Virus record (IMG/VR): IMGVR_UViG_3300019776_000564
Span: 44,019-108,018 of that record
Direction: 5' to 3' (one strand)
Length of the DNA stretch: 64,000 bases
Origin: a virus
This document shows positions 7,558 through 17,917 of this stretch, piece after piece. How positions within the stretch are numbered: position 1 is the first letter of the stretch; the number at the start of each line of letters is the position of its first letter. The position numbers were made by a program, and so were the translations under genes. Below the pieces are notes generated by a model. It made no database searches and had not been told where the DNA came from. It saw only the letters and a program-made list of their open reading frames with translations.

Positions 7558-8280
7558 ATGGATACCATGACAGAAAACACAGAAAAACCTGCATCCGGCG
7601 TTGATGATGACGAAAAGTCCAAACGCCTGACGCCTCGCGAATACGCCAGAGCCAAGCAAATGTGGCAGTCCGGCGATTACAGCCTCAAGGAAATCTCCGA
7701 CACCGTTGGCGTAAGTGCCACTGCTCTCAGTCGCCGGTTTAAGCGAGACAGCGTTTCCAAAGGCTCTGATGCCAAAAAGGTTTCGGCCGCAGTCAAGCGC
7801 GCCATCGAAAAGACCAGTGCGGCTCAGGCTGAAGAACTGGCTTCTACGGCGCACGACATCAAAATGTTGGCTCTGAAATCAATCGAGCTATTCAACAAGA
7901 AGAACTATGCGGACGTAGTTGCCTGTATTAAGGCGAATCGACCATTGGCCGAAATTCAGGGCGACTTGAAAGCTTTGAAAATCGCCTCTGAAATCGTCAG
8001 CATGAACTACGGCACCGGTGCCAGGATTCTGGGTCTCGACCAAGACCTCAATTCTGACGACCAACTGCCGGAACTCGTCATTAACCTGATGACCGAGAAT
8101 GATGTCGCCGAGCTTCGTGAGCAGCAGCGCCGTGAAGAGTTGGAGGCAAACGGTGAAATTGATGACGATGACCTGCTCGGTACAGAGCTAAGCTCGGACG
8201 ATCTTGATGCACTTGATGCGGCGCTTGACGAGGACGATGACGACATTGTTGTCGAAGGCGACGACCCGGCGGTGACCTAA
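7558..8280 (+). CDS. terS: terminase small subunit
   Basis: N-terminal HTH, helical middle, acidic tail; directly upstream of and coupled to terL. Confidence 0.75.
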   Translation: MDTMTENTEKPASGVDDDEKSKRLTPREYARAKQMWQSGDYSLKEISDTVGVSATALSRRFKRDSVSKGSDAKKVSAAVKRAIEKTSAAQAEELASTAHDIKMLALKSIELFNKKNYADVVACIKANRPLAEIQGDLKALKIASEIVSMNYGTGARILGLDQDLNSDDQLPELVINLMTENDVAELREQQRREELEANGEIDDDDLLGTELSSDDLDALDAALDEDDDDIVVEGDDPAVT

Positions 8281-9548
8281 TGAAGATCACTAACGCCTCG
8301 CCTCAGTTAACACCTCTTGCGCTGAAGATCGGTCTTCATCCAAAGCAAGCAGAGGTGTTCCTTGATACGACTCGATTTCGAGTCGTAGTTGCCGGCCGTC
8401 GTTGGGGTAAAACTGCCCTAGCTAAGACGGAGATGATTCAACGAGCCAAGATACCCGGTCAAAAGATTTGGTACATCGCCCCGACATACCGGATGGCGAA
8501 GCAAATCATGTGGAACGACCTTAAAGCCTCTATCCCTCGAAAGTGGATTATTCGAGAGCATGAGACTGAAATGTCCATTACGCTCCGAAATGGCTCGATC
8601 ATCGAATGCAAGGGCGCAGATAACCCTGACACTCTTCGAGGCGTTGGTCTTAACTTCGTGGTAATGGACGAGTTCCAGGACATCCGTCCTGACACTTGGA
8701 CTACGATTATCCGTCCTACTTTGGCTAAAGACCGCGGTGAAGCTCTATTCATCGGTACGCCAAAGGCTTACAACCAGTTGTATGAGGTTTATCAGTTCGG
8801 ACAAGACCCTGCTCGCAAGGCATGGTCTAGCTATCAGTTCCCAACCATCACCTCACCTTTCATCCCTGAGACGGAGATCATCGAAGCTCGCAGGGATATG
8901 GACCCTCGGACATTCAGACAGGAGTTTGAGGCGTCCTTTGAAACTATGAGTGGTCGAGTCTACTACCCGTTCGATCGTCGCGAGCATTGCAGCACAGACA
9001 TCAAGTTCAACCCGGGTCGACCTATCTATGTTGGCGTGGACTTTAACATTGACCCAATGTCCGCTTGCATTATGCAGCCCCAAACAAACGGCGAACTCTG
9101 GGTGGTTGATGAGATCTTCCTTCATAACTCCAACACCCTTGAGGTTTGTGAGGAACTGGAGAGAAGGTATTGGCGATATATGAGCCAGATCACAATCTTC
9201 CCTGACCCGGCCGGCGCTGCACGTCAGCACGCTCGCGGTGAATCTGACCTTGAGATCTTCAGGCAGAAAGGATTCAATCGGATTAAGTTCCGCAGAAAGC
9301 ACCCGCTTATTGCAGACCGTGTTAACAGCGTTAACCGTTTATTAAAGGACGCATCCGGCAAAATCACCCTTAAGGTGAATACTGGATGTACAAACGTAGT
9401 CCAGTCTCTTGAGCAAACCCTGTACAAGGCAGGCAGTCGAGATATCGATAAGGCCGCAAGTATGGAGCACATCACTGACGCTATGGGCTACTGCATTGAA
9501 CTGGAACATCCGGTCAAAAAAGTTGTTATCGTCGGACACTCTCTATAA
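8280..9548 (+). CDS. terL: terminase large subunit
   Basis: Walker A AGRRWGKT, LRG..VVMDE, GTP, nuclease motifs GVDFN, DPAG, HITDA. Confidence 0.95.
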   Translation: MKITNASPQLTPLALKIGLHPKQAEVFLDTTRFRVVVAGRRWGKTALAKTEMIQRAKIPGQKIWYIAPTYRMAKQIMWNDLKASIPRKWIIREHETEMSITLRNGSIIECKGADNPDTLRGVGLNFVVMDEFQDIRPDTWTTIIRPTLAKDRGEALFIGTPKAYNQLYEVYQFGQDPARKAWSSYQFPTITSPFIPETEIIEARRDMDPRTFRQEFEASFETMSGRVYYPFDRREHCSTDIKFNPGRPIYVGVDFNIDPMSACIMQPQTNGELWVVDEIFLHNSNTLEVCEELERRYWRYMSQITIFPDPAGAARQHARGESDLEIFRQKGFNRIKFRRKHPLIADRVNSVNRLLKDASGKITLKVNTGCTNVVQSLEQTLYKAGSRDIDKAASMEHITDAMGYCIELEHPVKKVVIVGHSL

Positions 9549-9554
9549 ACGCTT

Positions 9555-9587
9555 GCACTATGGTAAATAAGTCATTTACCATAGTGC
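9555..9587. repeat. perfect 14-bp inverted repeat between terL and portal
   Basis: GCACTATGGTAAAT-AAGTC-ATTTACCATAGTGC, no U-tract. Confidence 0.8.
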
Positions 9588-9596
9588 CATTCAAAT

Positions 9597-11198
9597 GTGG
9601 ATACGCCCATGCCAGTTGACAGTAAGACCGCCAAGGCGATAGTTGAGAGAAAGCACCCTCTTTACGAAGAGCTTGTGCCTCACTGGGATTTCCTTGAGGC
9701 CAGTTACAGGGGTGGGCGTGGGTGGTTCAAGAACAACATCTTCCGCTACATCAAGGAAGGTGATCGCGAGTACAAGGATCGCGTAGAGCGAGCCTATCGA
9801 TTCAACCATACTCGCGAAACAGTTGATCTGGTCAATAAATATCTTTTCCGAGCACCTATTGCCCGAAACTTTGATGATGCTCCCGAGAGCGTCAGAGAGT
9901 TCTGGAATGATGTGGACGAAACCGGCCTCAGCATTGACGAGTTCATGCGGATCGTTTCGCTCAAGCAATCCATTTTCGGCAGACCTTGGATCGTAATCGA
10001 TAACAGAGTTACCGATATCCCTGAGAACGCCAGCAAAGCTGACACCAAAGGTGTTGATCTTTACGCCTATATGGTTCCGCCTCAGCAGGTTCCAGACTAC
10101 GCTTTCGATGAGTGTGGTGAACTGTTGTGGGTATTGATCGAGGAGCACATCCGAGACGACCAAGACCCTATTAACGGCACAGGTGACGTTTTCAAGAGAT
10201 ATCGCTTGTGGACTCGCACTGACTGGATGCTGTTTGAGTTCAAGAAGGGTTCCGGCAAGTCTGGCGGTAGATGGGAACAGGTCGACGAAGGTCGCCATGA
10301 TCTCGGTCTTGTTCCAGCCATTCCCGCAAACAACAGCGTAATCAACGATAAGTGGGACTGCCCGGCTCTGATTGCTGAGGTTGCCTACCTAGATCGCGCA
10401 GTCTCCAACTACGCGAGTAACCTTGATGCCATCATTCAAGACCAGTCGTTCTCACAGCTTGCGATGCCGGCTCAGGGCGTATTACCTGGCGATGACGCTT
10501 ACAACAAGGTTCTCGAAATGGGGACTAAACGAGTGTTTCTGTATGACGGAGAAGCTGGAGCCGCTCCACAGTTCCTCTCTCCTGATCCGAGTCAGGCATC
10601 GCTTATCCTTTCTGCCATTGGTCAATTGATCAACGAGATCTACCATTCGGTTGGTCTTGCAGGTGAAAGAACAAAGCAGGACAACAGCAAGGGTATCGAT
10701 AACAGTTCCGGCGTTGCTAAGGCTGTGGACTTTGAAAGGGTAGTTGCATTACTCTCGTCCAAAGCAGATGCTTTGGAAGTTATCGAAGCCAAGATGCTGA
10801 AAATTATTTGTGCGTGGTCTGGTGAAGAACTGCCAGATGATGTAGAACTTGTTACCTACCCAGTAGAGAGCCAGTTTGACGTTCGCACTCTGTACGACGA
10901 GATCGATATTGGCATGAAGCTTCGTCTTATGGGCTTGCCGCCAATGATCCTCGAAGAGCAAGTAAATCGCCTTGTAACTAAACTCTTCCCGGGTCTAGGT
11001 GAAAAGGTGATTGAATCGATCAAAGCAGAAGTTAAGCAATGGGCAAATGAGCCACCACCGGGAGAGACTCCGGCTGGCAACAAACCCGGAAGCGACGCTG
11101 CCGCTAAGGTCGTAGAGGAAGCAAAGCGCAATCGCGCAGCGGCCTCTGAAAAGAAAACCGCCACACAAAGCCGAGAGACTGGCAAAACCAACGGCTAA
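9597..11198 (+). CDS. portal protein
   Basis: Position after terL, 533 aa, HPLY...YxGG N-terminus, H.LG.VP and SGVAKAVDF motifs (alternative start ATG 9609). Confidence 0.85.
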   Translation: MDTPMPVDSKTAKAIVERKHPLYEELVPHWDFLEASYRGGRGWFKNNIFRYIKEGDREYKDRVERAYRFNHTRETVDLVNKYLFRAPIARNFDDAPESVREFWNDVDETGLSIDEFMRIVSLKQSIFGRPWIVIDNRVTDIPENASKADTKGVDLYAYMVPPQQVPDYAFDECGELLWVLIEEHIRDDQDPINGTGDVFKRYRLWTRTDWMLFEFKKGSGKSGGRWEQVDEGRHDLGLVPAIPANNSVINDKWDCPALIAEVAYLDRAVSNYASNLDAIIQDQSFSQLAMPAQGVLPGDDAYNKVLEMGTKRVFLYDGEAGAAPQFLSPDPSQASLILSAIGQLINEIYHSVGLAGERTKQDNSKGIDNSSGVAKAVDFERVVALLSSKADALEVIEAKMLKIICAWSGEELPDDVELVTYPVESQFDVRTLYDEIDIGMKLRLMGLPPMILEEQVNRLVTKLFPGLGEKVIESIKAEVKQWANEPPPGETPAGNKPGSDAAAKVVEEAKRNRAAASEKKTATQSRETGKTNG

Positions 11199-11221
11199 GA
11201 GAACAGCCAAAGGAGTAATAA

Positions 11222-12121
11222 ATGCACCGCTATATGATCAAGCTCTTGGGTCGCGCAGGCGTCTATCTGGACGATAACGATGGTAACGGCAACGATCTTC
11301 CAGGCGGTTTGACCGCAGAAGAAATCGCCGCTGCCGCAGCAGCGAAGGCTAAAGCCGATGCAGATGCAGCAGCCGCTGCCGCTGAGGAAGAAGCCAAACG
11401 CATCGCAGCAGATAAGGCAAATAAAGACCAAGACGGTAACAAGCCATCCGATACAGAAGCCAAGCTTCTGAAGGAACTGATGGCTCTGAAGGCCAAGCAG
11501 AAAGAAGCTGATGCTGAACTGAAGGCGTACAAAGACGCTGCCGGGGAAAGCAAGCCTGATGAGTTGAAGGCGTTGATCGATGCCAAGAAAGAAGCCGACC
11601 GGCAGGCACTCGAAAAGCGCGGCGAGTACGACCGTATCCTTGAGCAAGTGAAGACCGAGCATACGAAGGAGATCGAAGCTCTGAAGGCAGAACTGGAGGC
11701 TACAAAGCTTCTGGTGTCTCAGAAGGACGATAACCTTGTGGAACTGACCGTCGGCCGAGCTTTCAGTGAAAGCGCGTTCATTCGCGAGAAGTCCGTAATC
11801 CCGGCATCGATTGCCCGGAAAGAGTTTGGCTCTTACGTTGACATCGTTGATGGCGCAGCCGTTGTGTACGACAAGCCTCGCGGCGCAGCCGAACGCACCC
11901 CGATTGTTGGTGCAGACGGCAAGCCTAAAAGCTTTGAGGATGGTATTGCGGCACTGTATGCTGCACATCCTGAAGGCGCGGGTCTGATCAAAGCACAGGG
12001 CAAGCCCGGTGCAGGTTCGCAGAACGTTGATTTGGGCAACAAGAAGCCTGATGACAAGTCGAAAGATTCCGTCTCCGGTGTTGGCCGAATCGCTCTGGGT
12101 CTGAACAAGAAGAATCAGTAA
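11222..12121 (+). CDS. capsid scaffolding protein
   Basis: Ala/Lys/Glu coiled coil, KRGEYD motif, located between portal and capsid. Confidence 0.75.
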   Translation: MHRYMIKLLGRAGVYLDDNDGNGNDLPGGLTAEEIAAAAAAKAKADADAAAAAAEEEAKRIAADKANKDQDGNKPSDTEAKLLKELMALKAKQKEADAELKAYKDAAGESKPDELKALIDAKKEADRQALEKRGEYDRILEQVKTEHTKEIEALKAELEATKLLVSQKDDNLVELTVGRAFSESAFIREKSVIPASIARKEFGSYVDIVDGAAVVYDKPRGAAERTPIVGADGKPKSFEDGIAALYAAHPEGAGLIKAQGKPGAGSQNVDLGNKKPDDKSKDSVSGVGRIALGLNKKNQ

Positions 12122-12196
12122 GAGCCTGACAAGGGCGGTGCTTTACTGGTACTGTGAAGAACTCATGTTTTAAAAGCTAACTAAGGAGTTAGTAGA

Positions 12197-13102
12197 ATGC
12201 CACTGTTGCGCGAAGTTGCAGAAACGCTGTCCCAAGAGGACATGCTCCGCGGCGTAATCGAAGAGATCATCCATCGTGACGATCTGCTCGGCTTGCTGCC
12301 ATTCAGCCGCACCGACGGTAAAGCGTTGGTGTATATCCGTGAACTGACCAACAGCGAAGGCACCTTCCTGGAAGTCAACGATGTTGTGCCAGAAGGCACC
12401 AGCACCGTGGAAGAAGTCGTCACCAAGCTGCGAATCATCGCCGGCGACGTGGACGTTGACAAATTCCTGGACGAAACCATGAGCGACAAGAACAGCCAAC
12501 TGGCTCTTCAAATCGCCATGAAAGCGAAGGGTATGGCTACCACCTTCCGTCGCGCTCTGGTTCTGGGCAACAACACCGTCAATCCGAAAGAGTTCGATGG
12601 TATCCAGAAGCTGGTTGCTGACACCGGCAACTTCTTCGAGGCAGGTGTAAATGGCGCGGCTATTTCCCTGTCGATGCTGGACGAACTGATCGACAAGCTG
12701 CAAGGTCGTCGCCCTGACGCTCTGATGATGCGTACCGGCACCCTGCGTGCTCTGAAGGCTCTGTGGCGCGCAGCCGGTGGTAACACTGGTGGCATGATGC
12801 AGATCGACAACTTCGGTCTGTCGGTTCCTGCTCATGACGGCGTACCGATCATCCTGAACGACTTCATCCCTGTTGTCGCTCATGGCACCGCGCCTTCGAC
12901 CTGCTCGATCTACGCTCTGCGTCTGAACGAAGTTGATGGTCTGCACGGCCTGTACGGCGGTGAGTCTGCCGGTATCCGTATCGAAGATATCGGTACTGTG
13001 CAGAACAAAGACGCCACCCGTACCCGCCTGAAGTGGTACTGCGGTCTGGCTCTGAAGTCCACTGTATCGCTGGCCGCCGTTGTTGGCGTAACCAACGTGT
13101 AA
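12197..13102 (+). CDS. major capsid protein
   Basis: HK97-like motifs (GDVDVDKF, EFDGI, LDELID, KWYCG); strongest codon bias in the window; strong RBS TAAGGAG. Confidence 0.9.
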   Translation: MPLLREVAETLSQEDMLRGVIEEIIHRDDLLGLLPFSRTDGKALVYIRELTNSEGTFLEVNDVVPEGTSTVEEVVTKLRIIAGDVDVDKFLDETMSDKNSQLALQIAMKAKGMATTFRRALVLGNNTVNPKEFDGIQKLVADTGNFFEAGVNGAAISLSMLDELIDKLQGRRPDALMMRTGTLRALKALWRAAGGNTGGMMQIDNFGLSVPAHDGVPIILNDFIPVVAHGTAPSTCSIYALRLNEVDGLHGLYGGESAGIRIEDIGTVQNKDATRTRLKWYCGLALKSTVSLAAVVGVTNV

Positions 13103-13130
13103 GTGGAAGATTGCCTCGGCAATCTGCTAT

Positions 13131-13161
13131 AAAGGGGCTTGGGAAACCAAGCCCCTTTTTT
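13131..13161 (+). terminator. intrinsic terminator after capsid gene
   Basis: AAAGGGGCTTGG-GAAA-CCAAGCCCCTTTTTT. Confidence 0.85.
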
Positions 13162-13184
13162 AATACCTCAATTAAGGTAATCAA

Positions 13185-13880
13185 ATGAAAATTCGCATTC
13201 TGGACAAAGGCTTCGCAAACCTCACCGGCCCATTCGGCACTGTCGAATTTGTTGACGGCGTTTCCGTTGACGAAGTTTCTGCCGCCGAAGCTGCGCGTCT
13301 GGGTACTATTCTCAGCGTCGAGTGTGTCGATAGCGGCAAGAACCCTTCGACCACTCAACTGATGGTTGATATCCACGCCAAGAACACAGAAGAGCTTGGT
13401 ATCAAGGCTGCCGGTCTGCGCAAAGCCACCACCGTTCAGCCACAAGTTGCTGACAACCAACCTGAGAGCGTTCCTCAGGCGAGTCATGAAACGGTAAAAG
13501 CTGTTCTCGAAGGCACTCCGGCGCTCAAGTATGACTATGACGTTGAGCAGCTTGACGCTCTGGTCAAACGTGAAGGCATTGCTGGTCTGCGAGCGTTTGC
13601 AAGCGCGTATGCAGTTAACGGTCAGAGCGTTGCAACCATCATCAAGAAGCTGATGGAGCTTAAAGCCGAGAACGTTAAGCCTGAACAGGAAGAGCCAAAG
13701 AAAGAAGAGCCTACCGCTGAAGAAGTGGAAGAAGCTCGCAAGGCTGAGATCCTGGCTGAACTGGAAGCTCTCGGCAAACGAGCAATCGCTATCGCCAGCA
13801 ATTCTGAACTGACCGAAGAAGAGAAGTTGGCTCAGTTGGCTGAAGTAGATGCGGCTATCGCTGCTTTCGAGCAGGAGTAA
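13185..13880 (+). CDS. hypothetical head-associated protein
   Basis: ORF with RBS between capsid and neck genes. Confidence 0.7.
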   Translation: MKIRILDKGFANLTGPFGTVEFVDGVSVDEVSAAEAARLGTILSVECVDSGKNPSTTQLMVDIHAKNTEELGIKAAGLRKATTVQPQVADNQPESVPQASHETVKAVLEGTPALKYDYDVEQLDALVKREGIAGLRAFASAYAVNGQSVATIIKKLMELKAENVKPEQEEPKKEEPTAEEVEEARKAEILAELEALGKRAIAIASNSELTEEEKLAQLAEVDAAIAAFEQE

Positions 13881-13886
13881 TAGGTA

Positions 13887-14711
13887 ATGGCGAGTGTCAT
13901 CAATAGTGGCGCCGCCATCACTTTCCCTGTAACTCCGGGACAGAACTCGTTTCCAGCTTCAGCGGGTTCTGTATCCCTTCAGGTTACAATCGGTGATGTC
14001 GTTGTCTGGGAAGACCATACTAAAGTCCTGTGGGCTGATGCGCTGGTAAGCGGCGTAACATTCCCCTCAGCCTCTTCCGTAATTGCAGAGCCGCAAGCCT
14101 TTGCAAAGTATTCGATCCTTCTTTGGGACGATCTCGATCAACCTCTAAACCCGGGCAGCGTCTCGTTTGAGGTTATCATCGAGTCGACCGATCTTCTTCG
14201 CGTTCTCGAAAACAGCTTTGGTCAGTGGGGAGAGTTATCGCTGCTGGCAAGAAACATGGTCAGTCTTAAGTCGTATCAGTTCGCCCAACCTGACGAACAG
14301 AAAGCGGCGTTGATTAACGCGTTCCATAATATCGCTGACGTGCATGTAAACTTCTGCCCGCCTCACAGCAGAGCGCGATGGCATAACCAGTCTCAAATGT
14401 GGGACGGCGAGGGCGTATTCGAGGATGCTCTTGAGGGAATCTACTCAACCCGGCAGCTTACCGATGTGATTTGGGCAAAGCTCAAACCTGAAGTAAAAGA
14501 CAAGCTGATGCGGGCACAGTTGATTGAGGCTAACTACCTTCTTTCGGATCAGACTCCTGAGAAGCAAAGACTTGCCGGCCTTCTGTCTCACTCTGCTGGC
14601 GAATCTGCGCATTTCTACCGAACCGTAAAACCGCTCGAACTGCCTGTCAGTAGAGCTACAGCATTGGCTTTGAAAGGAATTATCAGCTATGTCGTTCGTA
14701 TCGGCGGATAA
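13887..14711 (+). CDS. head-tail adaptor (putative)
   Basis: C-terminal AQLIEA...GLLSHSAGES pattern typical of adaptors; synteny. Confidence 0.55.
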   Translation: MASVINSGAAITFPVTPGQNSFPASAGSVSLQVTIGDVVVWEDHTKVLWADALVSGVTFPSASSVIAEPQAFAKYSILLWDDLDQPLNPGSVSFEVIIESTDLLRVLENSFGQWGELSLLARNMVSLKSYQFAQPDEQKAALINAFHNIADVHVNFCPPHSRARWHNQSQMWDGEGVFEDALEGIYSTRQLTDVIWAKLKPEVKDKLMRAQLIEANYLLSDQTPEKQRLAGLLSHSAGESAHFYRTVKPLELPVSRATALALKGIISYVVRIGG

Positions 14712-15393
14712 CAAAGAGATCACGGACTCTGTATCCCGGATCAGTTCGGGCTATGCAGCTTTTGAGACGACTCTTCGCGGAGCAGTTGCAGAGGTTCTCA
14801 ATGGACTCGGTAACGGCCTGTACAGTCTCTCCAATATGATTCAGCCAATTGAGTCTGTAGCTCAGCGATATCTAAGCTCAGTGAGAGAGCAGACGCTTGA
14901 AGACCTCGGGAACGTGTCTGAGAGAGCGCTGAAGACCTCCGGGGCAGAACTAGACCCAAGTGTAGCGAGTAAAGCTATAACAGTCGCTGATGCGCTTTAT
15001 AAGGGCTTTGGCGTAGAGGTTGAAAACTCTATCGAGAGAGCGGTTGCCAAAGACGTTAAAACCGCTTTGGACTTCATCCGACTACAGGTTGCTCAGGGAA
15101 GGTTTCTAGCAACTACAGATCAGCTAACCCACGACCTCGAATTTACAGTTACAGGTAAAACCAGAATTGGATCAGTTGATTTCGTTACCAGAGAAGTTAA
15201 TTGGGCTTATCGTCAACAGTACAACACAATCATGGTTCACGTTCTTAGCGAGCGGGGCATCGACAATGCCGTTGTTAATGGGGGTAGTTCTGACGGCATG
15301 GTTGTAAGATTGGATATTTATGACCAAATTCAGGCAAAAATATTCCATCACAACTCGAAAAGCCTTCTACAACCCCTTGACGTAGGAATATAA
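14689..15393 (+). CDS. hypothetical head morphogenesis protein
   Basis: Overlapping ORF in the head-neck operon. Confidence 0.6.
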   Translation: MSFVSADNKEITDSVSRISSGYAAFETTLRGAVAEVLNGLGNGLYSLSNMIQPIESVAQRYLSSVREQTLEDLGNVSERALKTSGAELDPSVASKAITVADALYKGFGVEVENSIERAVAKDVKTALDFIRLQVAQGRFLATTDQLTHDLEFTVTGKTRIGSVDFVTREVNWAYRQQYNTIMVHVLSERGIDNAVVNGGSSDGMVVRLDIYDQIQAKIFHHNSKSLLQPLDVGI

Positions 15394-15400
15394 TGTTGTC

Positions 15401-15751
15401 ATGAGCGCATTTATTCCAACTACCGTAGGTTACATTCGCCGCGCATCCGATACGTTTTCGGTTACTGGCGATAAGACCTACGGAGATCCGATAAAAGTAG
15501 GGCTGTCCGTCGTCAGAATGGTTGACGGCTCACAGCCTACTTCCGTTCGCGCTGACACATCCGGCTCAAAGTCGTTTGCCAACGAAAACGTTGAACAGGG
15601 AAGAGCGCTTATTCACCCTAGAGTGACCCCTAAAATTGGGGACATTCTTATTGTTGGTCAACAGCAGCTTGAGATCCAAGCTGTTAGACCGCTGTTCGAT
15701 ATGTACGGCGGCGTAGATCACTATCAGGTTGAGTTAACAACGTGGGTCTAA
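15401..15751 (+). CDS. head closure / head-tail joining protein
   Basis: Size, beta-rich, PKIGDIL and DHYQVEL motifs; synteny. Confidence 0.6.
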   Translation: MSAFIPTTVGYIRRASDTFSVTGDKTYGDPIKVGLSVVRMVDGSQPTSVRADTSGSKSFANENVEQGRALIHPRVTPKIGDILIVGQQQLEIQAVRPLFDMYGGVDHYQVELTTWV

Positions 15752-16194
15752 CAGTCAAAGGGCTGCCGGCCGTTCAAGCTAGAATCTCCCGAACGGAGAC
15801 GAAGGTTATGGAAGGCTCTCTAAGCGCTTTGCGAGCAATGGCTAAGCTGGTTGTAGCAGAAGCTGTTCGTAACGCACCAGTAGATACTGGAGAGCTTGAG
15901 AACGCTATTGTTGCGATAGAAGAGCGAAGCAGAACAGACCTTGGTCAATTCGGTCAGATCACGATCAGAGTTGGTGTTGACGTAACCAAGCTTGACCTTG
16001 AAGCTCATGGCGGTTACGACTACTCGATCAGGATGCACGAAGACCCAAATTACAACCTTGGCCCCAAGTCAGAAGCGAAACAGGCTGGTCAAGGCAATAC
16101 CGTTGGCTACAAGTATCTTGAGCGCGCACTGAAGGACACTCAGGAAGAAATTCGCAGACGCGTAGAAAAAGCGATTAAAGAGGGTATCCAATAA
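15742..16194 (+). CDS. HK97 gp10-like tail completion protein
   Basis: APVDTGELENAI, YS..MHE, KYLERAL motifs. Confidence 0.8.
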   Translation: MGLTVKGLPAVQARISRTETKVMEGSLSALRAMAKLVVAEAVRNAPVDTGELENAIVAIEERSRTDLGQFGQITIRVGVDVTKLDLEAHGGYDYSIRMHEDPNYNLGPKSEAKQAGQGNTVGYKYLERALKDTQEEIRRRVEKAIKEGIQ

Positions 16195-16574
16195 TGAAAC
16201 TGGAAGACGCTCTGATCAGCCATATTTCAGCAAACGCACCCGGCTTAGTACAGGGCGTTTCGCTGTTTCACTCTCACATGCCAGCGGGCATCGCATCTGG
16301 AGTTCTTGTGATGACCCGTGTACCGATCGAAGTTGGTCTATACACTGGTATGCGAAATGGCACCTTCCAGGTAGTATGTCGCGACGTGAGTATTCCATTG
16401 GCTCATGATAAAGCCAGTGAAATAATCAAGGCGATATCTTCCGAAGGGGTAAGGGTAGGTACGGTGAACTTCCGGTTCATCAAACCTCAACATGAACCAC
16501 TGGTGTTTCCACGCACCGAAGGCGCTCAATTTGAGGCAGCCGTGAATTACATTTTTGCAGCTAACTGGGAGTAA
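16194..16574 (+). CDS. tail terminator protein (putative)
   Basis: Synteny; FQVVCR motif. Confidence 0.6.
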   Translation: MKLEDALISHISANAPGLVQGVSLFHSHMPAGIASGVLVMTRVPIEVGLYTGMRNGTFQVVCRDVSIPLAHDKASEIIKAISSEGVRVGTVNFRFIKPQHEPLVFPRTEGAQFEAAVNYIFAANWE

Positions 16575-16580
16575 ACCAGA

Positions 16581-17120
16581 ATGACGAGTTCTACCGAAAA
16601 CATCCGAATGGGCACCTGCCGTATTCTTTATGACGGCGTTGACCTGGGCTTCACCACTGGCGGTGTCGAAGTTACTGTCGCGACTACTACCAAAGAGATC
16701 AAGGTTGACCAGTACGGTGACACCTTGGCAAACGAGTACATCATGGGTCGAACCATCAGCGTAAAAGCGCCGTTGGTGGAAACTACCATCGATAACATGG
16801 CTAAGATAATGCCCGGTGCAGATCTGGTTGTGGACAACACCGACCCTCTGAAGCCTAAGAAAAAGGTTGTTGCAAAATCGGGCACCGGCATCTCTTTGCT
16901 GTCGATGGCTAAAGAGCTGGTACTGCACCCAATCGCAAATGCCGAGAATGACAAGTCGGAAGACCTGACCATCCCTCTGGCTTCTACTGCGGGTGCAATG
17001 AACTTCGCCTACAAATACGATGCAGAGCGCGTGTTTGACTGCGAGTTCAAAGGCTACGCTGACGCAGAAACCGGCGTCCTGTTCATCTATGGCGACAAGG
17101 CTGTTACTGCCCTGCCATAA
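16581..17120 (+). CDS. major tail (tube) protein
   Basis: DLGFTTGGVEV...VDQYG motif; synteny before chaperones. Confidence 0.8.
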   Translation: MTSSTENIRMGTCRILYDGVDLGFTTGGVEVTVATTTKEIKVDQYGDTLANEYIMGRTISVKAPLVETTIDNMAKIMPGADLVVDNTDPLKPKKKVVAKSGTGISLLSMAKELVLHPIANAENDKSEDLTIPLASTAGAMNFAYKYDAERVFDCEFKGYADAETGVLFIYGDKAVTALP

Positions 17121-17191
17121 TCTGGTACATTCACCGCAGTAGATCACAAATAAGCGTCCTCACTTGAGGACGCTGCACTGGAGCTTTAAAA

Positions 17192-17584
17192 ATGAACCTG
17201 CTTAATATTGACGAGTTATCCGGCCCAGAACGTTTTGTAACTATCCGCGGTATCCAATATCCGGTTGTTGATCGCAGCGTTGGTTTGATGCTCGATAGCA
17301 TTCAGGCTGTAAAACAGCAGTCGAAGCTGAACGGTAAGGGCAAGGGCGCCCATGTCGATGAAGAAGTTTTCTTCTCCAACATCATCAAGACCCTGAGAAC
17401 AATTCTGCCAGAGTGCCCGGAAGAAATTGTTCGAGGTTTGAGCATGGTTCAGATGATGGCTATTCTGGACTTCTGCAACCAAGACCCGAACAAGATGGCT
17501 GAAGACGCAATCAACGAAGCCAAGAAGTCTGGTAACGAAGGCGATGTTAACGACAGCAAGGTAGTAGAAGAGGGAAAAGTCTAA
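17192..17584 (+). CDS. tail assembly chaperone (gpG-like)
   Basis: Lies between tail tube and tape measure; ends at slippery site G GGA AAA. Confidence 0.8.
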   Translation: MNLLNIDELSGPERFVTIRGIQYPVVDRSVGLMLDSIQAVKQQSKLNGKGKGAHVDEEVFFSNIIKTLRTILPECPEEIVRGLSMVQMMAILDFCNQDPNKMAEDAINEAKKSGNEGDVNDSKVVEEGKV

Positions 17585-17913
17585 CCGTCGAAGCGATAGA
17601 CTTTTCATACGTCTTCTCACGTTTCTGCTGGTTCTACGGTTGGACTGATACTCATGTGCTGGCAATGCCAGCACGTAGGTTTTGGATGATGGAGCGCCAG
17701 ATAGATCGAATCCAAGCGGAACAAGAAATCCGCAAAATTCAGTTCTCCACACTCATCTGTCCACCTAAAACCAAAGACGCATTCAAGGCAATCACCGAGC
17801 ACATCGGCCGGTTGACTCTTGAGATAGGCGAGAAAGTTACGGTTCGACGGAACATCATTGTCGCCCCCGAGCCTGGCGCCGCCGCAAAATTCGCAAAACT
17901 GTCCGGGGGTTAA
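17572..17913 (+). CDS. gpT-like extension of the tail chaperone, via -1 frameshift
   Basis: GGGAAAA at 17572-17578; the -1 frame is open (SLTVEAIDFSYVFSRFCWFYGWTDTHVLAMP...) to TAA at 17913. Confidence 0.8.
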   Translation, partial: GKSLTVEAIDFSYVFSRFCWFYGWTDTHVLAMPARRFWMMERQIDRIQAEQEIRKIQFSTLICPPKTKDAFKAITEHIGRLTLEIGEKVTVRRNIIVAPEPGAAAKFAKLSGG

Positions 17914-17917
17914 AGAA

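Noticed and set aside
12170-12946. 258-aa minus-strand ORF (and similar ones opposite scaffold, tail tube, helicase, SSB, RecA)
   Set aside because: Shadow frames of highly biased + strand genes.
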